A DNA stretch of 64,000 nt from an uncultured Gemmatimonadota bacterium (GTDB lineage Bacteria > JAAXHH01), in NCBI GenBank assembly GCA_951812955.1, contig OX638340.1, forward strand, positions 1,792,001 through 1,856,000, read 5' to 3'. Positions 58,497-64,000 of the stretch are shown piece after piece; position 1 is the stretch's first letter, and each line of letters opens with the position of its first letter. The notes under the pieces were generated by a model. It was not told the origin of the DNA. It saw only the letters and a list, made by a program, of their open reading frames with translations, and made no database searches. The translations under genes and the position numbers were made by a program.

Positions 58497-59345
58497 ATGA
58501 AGCTTTGCACAGTACAACCTCACATGTCGGACTCGATTTCCGAGAACGTGATTGAAATCACCAGGTGGGTTCAAAGGGCCGCCGGTGAAGGCGCAGATGT
58601 GGTGCTGTTTCCTGAAATGATGCTGACTGGTTACGACCATCAACTACATGATCTGTTTAAGGATACCCGTTGGCATAGGCAGGTTGATGAAGCGCTGTCT
58701 GAACTAAGTGACGTGGTCGACGCATCTGGAACTAGCGCATTCGTAGGAATGCCATATCCTTATGGCGGTGGTCATCTCAACGCGCTTGTACTGCTTCAAC
58801 CGGAAAGCGACGCTGTTCTCGCTGGTGCCAGGTCCCATTTGCCGGTGGGGGATAGAAACCGATGGGGATTCGTAGAACCTGAAAACCGCGTTCCCACGGA
58901 CTTCCATGGCATTTCATTCGGATCGATATTCTGCGCCGAAGCGCATCATCTCGACTACACACAGGGAAAGGGTCTGGAGAAAAGCGATGTAATACTCTGG
59001 CCCGGCGTTGTCGGGAGCGATCATAACGAAAAGAGTGAGGTCACCACGGATTGGAACGTTGAGCTGGCAAGGAAAATCGCCATTTTCTACAATGTCCCAG
59101 TGCTCCAGTCAAACTATCTTACCTATGCCACTGACATTTCCACCCAGTCAATGCTGGAAAGTAACCGAATGCTGGGTGGCTCCATTGCCTGTGATGCATC
59201 TGGACAGGTTCTCGATCAAGCCTCTCGGAAAGACGAAGAAATACGGTGGTTCGAGTTGAGTCGTGTAAACGGAACTGTCAAAGTAACCGCATTGGATACG
59301 ACGCATCAGGCCGAATGTTCTGGTGAGGCCCGTTCAATTGAATAG
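58497..59345 (+). CDS. Carbon-nitrogen hydrolase (nitrilase superfamily)
   Basis: VVLFPEM (Glu), K, and FCAE (Cys) catalytic triad context. GC is lower than the flanks. Confidence 0.65.
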   Translation: MKLCTVQPHMSDSISENVIEITRWVQRAAGEGADVVLFPEMMLTGYDHQLHDLFKDTRWHRQVDEALSELSDVVDASGTSAFVGMPYPYGGGHLNALVLLQPESDAVLAGARSHLPVGDRNRWGFVEPENRVPTDFHGISFGSIFCAEAHHLDYTQGKGLEKSDVILWPGVVGSDHNEKSEVTTDWNVELARKIAIFYNVPVLQSNYLTYATDISTQSMLESNRMLGGSIACDASGQVLDQASRKDEEIRWFELSRVNGTVKVTALDTTHQAECSGEARSIE

Positions 59346-60207
59346 TGTTTCCGACTTCGACGAATTGTGGGACTACAACGATCTGGTGAAGACCGAAAAG
59401 GACTTCCGTGAACTGCTGCCCGAATCACGGGCCTCCGGAGACCCCGAATACCACACCCAACTTCTCACCCAAATTGCGCGCACCCACAGCCTTCGACGGC
59501 AATTCGACGAAGCTCACAGCATCCTAGATGATGCCGAGGCGCTGCTCAGCGACAAGATCCCGGTCGCGCGTGTCCGATACCTCCTCGAGCGCGGCCGCAC
59601 CTTCAATTCAGCGGGCGAAATTGATGCTGCCCGTCCGCTCTTCGAGGAAGCCTGTGATCTGGCGCGCGGGATCGGTGCGGACTACCACGCCGTGGACGCG
59701 GCGCACATGATTGGGATCTGCGAGACAGGCGATAAAGCACTGCGGTGGAACGAAACTGCGATGGATATGGCGGAAGCTTCCCCCGATGCCCGCGCGAAGG
59801 AATGGCTCGGTGCGCTCTACAACAACACGGGGTGGACGTACCACGACGCGGGGGAGTACCATTGTGCGCTGGAACGCTTCGAAAAAGGCCTGGCGTGGCG
59901 CGTCGAACGGAACGATCCTGTTACCATACGGATCGCAAAATGGTCCGTTGCCAGGGCATTGCGCTCACTGGGTCGTGCAGTCGAGGCCCTGGATATGCAA
60001 CGGTCTCTGCTCGCGGAGCACGAATCGGAGGGCACGAAGGACGGCTACGTTTACGAAGAACTCGCCGAGTGCCTTCTAATCCTTGGAAAGGCAGACGATG
60101 CGCGGCCTTTCTTCAACCTCGCGTACCATGAATTGTCGAAGGACGCCTGGCTGAAGGAAAATGAAAGGGGTCGTCTCGACCGGCTTCAGCGGTTTGGTAA
60201 ACTGTAG
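59323..60207 (+). CDS. TPR repeat-containing protein
   Basis: Helical-repeat composition (W-LG-Y, A-F-A patterns). The start is uncertain because it overlaps the upstream gene by 23 nt. Confidence 0.5.
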   Translation: MRPVQLNSVSDFDELWDYNDLVKTEKDFRELLPESRASGDPEYHTQLLTQIARTHSLRRQFDEAHSILDDAEALLSDKIPVARVRYLLERGRTFNSAGEIDAARPLFEEACDLARGIGADYHAVDAAHMIGICETGDKALRWNETAMDMAEASPDARAKEWLGALYNNTGWTYHDAGEYHCALERFEKGLAWRVERNDPVTIRIAKWSVARALRSLGRAVEALDMQRSLLAEHESEGTKDGYVYEELAECLLILGKADDARPFFNLAYHELSKDAWLKENERGRLDRLQRFGKL

Positions 60208-60266
60208 TCAGCGTTAGTCAGCTTGAGTCAGCGTTAGTCGGCGTGAGACAGCTCGAGTCAACGTGG
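60207..60266. repeat. Six tandem 10-bp repeats (GTCAGCGTTA-like) overlapping the TPR gene stop
   Basis: The units GTCAGCGTTA, GTCAGCTTGA, GTCAGCGTTA, GTCGGCGTGA, GACAGCTCGA and GTCAACGTGG are read directly. Confidence 0.6.
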
Positions 60267-60386
60267 CACATTTCTCGGGGTTTCAGCAGCAAAGATGGTG
60301 TTTTTTGTGAATCCGTTTGTGCATCCTATATTGTATAAAACGTAACTAAAAACCAACCATTTACCATCACCCCACCTAAGGCGCGT

Positions 60387-62783
60387 ATGTTCCAGAATTA
60401 CTTCGTCGTGGCCATACGCAATCTCCTCCGGCATCCCGCCTACTCGTTAATCAACATCGCCGGCCTCGCCATCGGTTTGACCGCGTGCATCCTGATCCTG
60501 TTGTACGTCCAGGACGAGCTCAGCTACGATCGTCATCACGAGAAAGCCAATCGCATTTACCGGATCGTCGATGATATTGAAAGCGGTGGGCAGACCATAG
60601 AGACTGCGGGTACGCCCCCTGGATGGGCTGCCGCGCTGAAGCGGGACTACCCGGAAGTCGAGCAGTTCGTCCGCATGAGGGGCACGATGTCCGCATGGCT
60701 GATTACCCATGGTGAATCCCGGTTTTACGAAAAGAAAGTCATCTGGGCGGAGCCAACCCTGTTCGAGTTGTTTTCTATCCCTCTGGTTTCCGGCAATCCC
60801 CGGACCGCACTGAGAGATCCAAAATCGATGGTGGTTTCGGAGGAAATGGCGTTCAAGTACTTCGGCGAGGAAGAAGCATTGGGAAAGATCATCAACGTGG
60901 ATCAAAGCTGGGACTTCGTCGTGACCGGCGTCATGCGGAACATGCCCGCCAATTCCCACATGCGTGCGGACATGTTCGCTTCCTTCAGAGAATTCAGAGC
61001 CATGGGTCTGGATCAGGACTGGGAAAACCATGACAACAACTACACCTATCTTCTGTTGCGTGAAGGCGCCTCTCCCGAAGCACTCGAAGCGCGGTTGCCG
61101 TCCTTCCTGGAACGCTACGCTGGGGACATGTACAGCGAAGCGGGCGTCACCTTGAACCCGTCGCTGCAATCTCTGGTAGATATCCATCTGCATTCGCACC
61201 GGGAGAGCGAACTCGAGCCCAATGGAGATATCCGTTACGTGGCGCTCTTCATGATCATCTCGTTCCTGATTCCGCTGATCGCGTGCATCAACTTCGTCAA
61301 CATGGCTACGGCACGGGCGGCCATGCGCGCAAGGGAAGTAGGCGTACGCAAGGTGATGGGCGCAGATCGACCCCAGTTGATCAGGCAATTCCTGGGAGAA
61401 GCAGTCTTGATCGCGGCATTCGCCATGATCCTTGCGGTGGTCCTGGTACATCTCGCCCTGCCTTCTGTCAATGCGCTCGCGGGCAAGCAACTGGCGTTCC
61501 CCCTGTCGAATGGCTTTGTATTGGCCGTATTGGCCGGTGGCACATTGGCCACAGGATTAGCCGCTGGCTGCTATCCGGCATTCTATCTGTCGCGTTTCCT
61601 GCCTACCGAAGTTTTGAAGGGCAACCCAATATCGGGAACACAAGGATTGGGGTTGCGCAAAGTGCTGGTCGTTACTCAGTTCGCCATGTCCATATTCCTG
61701 CTCGTCAGCACGGCCATCATCTTCGACCAACTCGAGTACATCCAGACCAAACGCCTCGGATTCGATAAGGAACAGGTAATGGTCGTGCCCATAACGGGAT
61801 TCCTGCAGCGGCAGAATACGCCCGTACTGAAAGATCGATTGTCCCAGTTACCGGGCGTTATGAGCATGGCGACGTCAACCGCCGTACCGGGCATGCGGGT
61901 GTTACCGATTATGCCGGTCCGTCCGGAGGGGATGCGGCCCGAGGATCACCTGATGATGGCCACACTGCAGGTGGACGATCATTTCCTGGACGTCATGGAG
62001 ATCGGACTGGTGACCGGGCGGAACTTTTCAACAGACTGGGGAACGGATTCGACCACGGGGTTCCTGCTGAACGAGACTGCAGTGCGGTACCTGGGGTGGG
62101 GAGCGCCTGCCGACGCGATTGGCAAGCGATTCGAGTGGATCCCATTCGGCGGGAAGAAAGGGGACGTAATCGGTGTGGTAGAGGATTTTCACCTGCGAAC
62201 GATTCACGAGGAGATCGAACCGGTCGTTATACTAACGAGTTCGTACCAGGAATATGTCCTTATCCGTATCGCACCGGACGGGATCCCCGAGACCGTCTCG
62301 CGCATTGAGAAAGTATGGCGGGACGTCGATCCCAGGTACCCGCTTGAATACACGTTCCTGGAAGAGGATTTTGACCGGCTGTACCGTGCCGACCGCCAGC
62401 TTGGCGAGGTCTTCGCGTCCTTTGCGTTTCTCGCGGTCTTCGTGGCCTGCCTGGGCCTCCTGGGGCTGTCTTCGTTCTCGATACAGCAGCGTACGAAAGA
62501 GATCGGCATTCGCAAGGTACTCGGCTCTACGGTTTCAGGAATCGTGGTATTGCTGTCCAGGGATTTCATGAAGTACGTCCTGCTGGCCAATGTCATCGCC
62601 TGGCCGCTGGCGTACTACGCCATGACGATTTGGCTACAAAATTACGCCTATTCATCGGAGATCAGGTTGGCGTGGTTTGTCTCGGGCGGCGTCACCGCGC
62701 TGGTCATCGCCTGGCTGACGATCGGCGCCCACGCGATGGCCGCTTCGCGGCGAAATCCGGTTAACGCCTTGAGGCAGGGGTGA
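60387..62783 (+). CDS. ABC transporter permease, FtsX/MacB-like (two FtsX domains)
   Basis: N-terminus MFQNYFVVAIRNLLRHPAYSLINIAGLAIGL, two 4-TM FtsX modules and a large periplasmic domain; 798 aa. Confidence 0.8.
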   Translation: MFQNYFVVAIRNLLRHPAYSLINIAGLAIGLTACILILLYVQDELSYDRHHEKANRIYRIVDDIESGGQTIETAGTPPGWAAALKRDYPEVEQFVRMRGTMSAWLITHGESRFYEKKVIWAEPTLFELFSIPLVSGNPRTALRDPKSMVVSEEMAFKYFGEEEALGKIINVDQSWDFVVTGVMRNMPANSHMRADMFASFREFRAMGLDQDWENHDNNYTYLLLREGASPEALEARLPSFLERYAGDMYSEAGVTLNPSLQSLVDIHLHSHRESELEPNGDIRYVALFMIISFLIPLIACINFVNMATARAAMRAREVGVRKVMGADRPQLIRQFLGEAVLIAAFAMILAVVLVHLALPSVNALAGKQLAFPLSNGFVLAVLAGGTLATGLAAGCYPAFYLSRFLPTEVLKGNPISGTQGLGLRKVLVVTQFAMSIFLLVSTAIIFDQLEYIQTKRLGFDKEQVMVVPITGFLQRQNTPVLKDRLSQLPGVMSMATSTAVPGMRVLPIMPVRPEGMRPEDHLMMATLQVDDHFLDVMEIGLVTGRNFSTDWGTDSTTGFLLNETAVRYLGWGAPADAIGKRFEWIPFGGKKGDVIGVVEDFHLRTIHEEIEPVVILTSSYQEYVLIRIAPDGIPETVSRIEKVWRDVDPRYPLEYTFLEEDFDRLYRADRQLGEVFASFAFLAVFVACLGLLGLSSFSIQQRTKEIGIRKVLGSTVSGIVVLLSRDFMKYVLLANVIAWPLAYYAMTIWLQNYAYSSEIRLAWFVSGGVTALVIAWLTIGAHAMAASRRNPVNALRQG

Positions 62784-62941
62784 CAGAGTGGTTGCGGCAC
62801 TGGTTCGCATGGTAGACTATGGATGCTCGATTGCCGTGCAAATCGACATAGTCTAAGTGCAACGGAGTGGGGCATGAATTGCCAATTGCCAAGTCCCGAA
62901 TGGCTCTGTCAGAAGTACGGGATTGAGTTTATGGAACAGCC

Positions 62942-63736
62942 ATGTTGACCGCCCATCAGAGATCCGAATTCGATGAGCATGGCTGGGTTCGCGTGCCCGG
63001 CATGATTCCGATCGAGGACGTCCGGCAGGTGCTGGATCGCATCTGGGACGATCTGGAGCAAAGGTGCGGGATCCCGCGCGATGATCCTGAGACCTGGCCT
63101 GTGACCAGGCCCAAGGGGTTCAATACGTTAATGCGGTCCGGAGCCTTCGAACCCACGTGCAGCCAAGCCGTGCAGGATGCGATTGACGATCTCCTGGGAC
63201 CTGGCCAATGGGAGAAACCATCCCCCTGGGGAGCACTCCTCCTTACCTTTCCTTCTAGCGAGCCGTGGGTTCTGCCCAATCATTCATGGCACATGGACCT
63301 GCTCAAAGCCGTGCATGACGGGGCCGAAACAACCCCGGGCGTACAGGTCTTCGCGATGCTGGAACCGCTGACCGCACAGGGCGGTGCAACGATTGGCCTT
63401 GCCGGGTCCCATCGGCTCGTTCGCCACCTTGCTCGGCAACCGGAGCTAATCGGTGAGGGCCGGTCTAAAGATATCAGTAAAGCAGTCAGGAGAGCGGCGC
63501 CAAATCTACGAGATCTGTGGTCCCGCGACCCTGGCGGTGACCGCGAGGAGCGTTACCTTATGAAACCAGTCGATGTTTTCGGCATCCCGGTGCAGGCCGT
63601 CGAATTCACCGGCGATCCAGGCGATGTGATCTTTATGCATCCGTGGATTTTGCATACAGCTTCTGCCAACTGCGGAAAGCGGCCTCGCATCGTGATTACA
63701 GAACGCAATTACAGAATCGAAAGAGAAGAGGCATAG
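62942..63736 (+). CDS. Phytanoyl-CoA dioxygenase (PhyH)-like protein
   Basis: VLPNHSWHMD...GSHRL...FMHPWILHTASANCGKRPR. More divergent than the other five paralogs. Confidence 0.55.
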   Translation: MLTAHQRSEFDEHGWVRVPGMIPIEDVRQVLDRIWDDLEQRCGIPRDDPETWPVTRPKGFNTLMRSGAFEPTCSQAVQDAIDDLLGPGQWEKPSPWGALLLTFPSSEPWVLPNHSWHMDLLKAVHDGAETTPGVQVFAMLEPLTAQGGATIGLAGSHRLVRHLARQPELIGEGRSKDISKAVRRAAPNLRDLWSRDPGGDREERYLMKPVDVFGIPVQAVEFTGDPGDVIFMHPWILHTASANCGKRPRIVITERNYRIEREEA

Positions 63737-64000
63737 GTGTTCCAGAACTACCTCAGTGTAGCCTTACGCAACCTCCGCAGGCATCCCGCCTACTCGCTCA
63801 TCAACATCGCAGGGCTTGCAATCGGCATGGCCACCTGCGTCCTGATCCTCCTGTATATCCAGGATGAGCTCAGCTACGACCGATATCATCCTCATGCCGA
63901 CCGCGTATACCGGATCGTCGACGACATCGAAAGCGGGGGACAGACCGTCCAGACCGCCGGGACTCCCACTGCCTGGGGACCTGCCCTGAAGCGCGACTTC
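63737..64000 (+). CDS. ABC transporter permease FtsX/MacB-like, second paralog (5' partial, runs off the window)
   Basis: GTG start with a GAGAAGAGG RBS. VFQNYLSVALRNLRRHPAYSLINIAGLAIGMATCVLILLYIQDELSYDR... is about 75% identical to the N-terminus of 60387..62783. Confidence 0.65.
   Translation, partial: MFQNYLSVALRNLRRHPAYSLINIAGLAIGMATCVLILLYIQDELSYDRYHPHADRVYRIVDDIESGGQTVQTAGTPTAWGPALKRDF

Overview
High-GC (~60%) bacterial contig, probably an environmental or metagenomic genome (Acidobacteria/Gemmatimonadetes-like by the FtsX/MacB-type permeases; taxonomic assignment is low confidence). No rRNA, tRNA or CRISPR was recognised.

Housekeeping anchors are the hisG-hisC operon (minus strand), katG, and a leuB-family gene.

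The window is dominated by an accessory-looking mix of small enzymes:
- six paralogous phytanoyl-CoA-dioxygenase (PhyH) family genes;
- four HAD hydrolases and two HIT proteins;
- two alpha/beta hydrolases and two APH-type phosphotransferases, one a clear APH(3') homologue;
- NUDIX, IMPase, metallophosphoesterase, SAM-MTase, GNAT, nitrilase-superfamily and enolase-superfamily genes, a sulfatase and an M19 dipeptidase.

Stand-out regions:
1. A roughly 2.8 kb low-GC island (37.26-40.02 kb) inserted between convergent high-GC genes. It encodes a 691-aa protein with a central NERD-like PD-(D/E)xK nuclease motif preceded by a small 2-TM protein. This is the best candidate for an undescribed defence-type module.
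2. A 30.2-37.3 kb cluster: HTH-fused citrate-synthase-like protein, frameshifted IPMDH-family gene, citrate synthase, PhyH, SDR, PhyH. Its two promoter regions carry related tandem 19-20 bp direct-repeat arrays, suggesting an enzyme-derived regulator.
3. A recurring palindromic TTGTACAA motif in three intergenic regions.
4. A complete higBA module plus an orphan higA and an orphan RGKY-type antitoxin-like gene.
5. A divergent pair of eukaryote-like lipid enzymes (neutral-ceramidase family, ERG4/ERG24 sterol-reductase family).

All coordinates come from the supplied ORF track plus manual start refinement. Function calls rest on remembered family signatures only; no searches were run.
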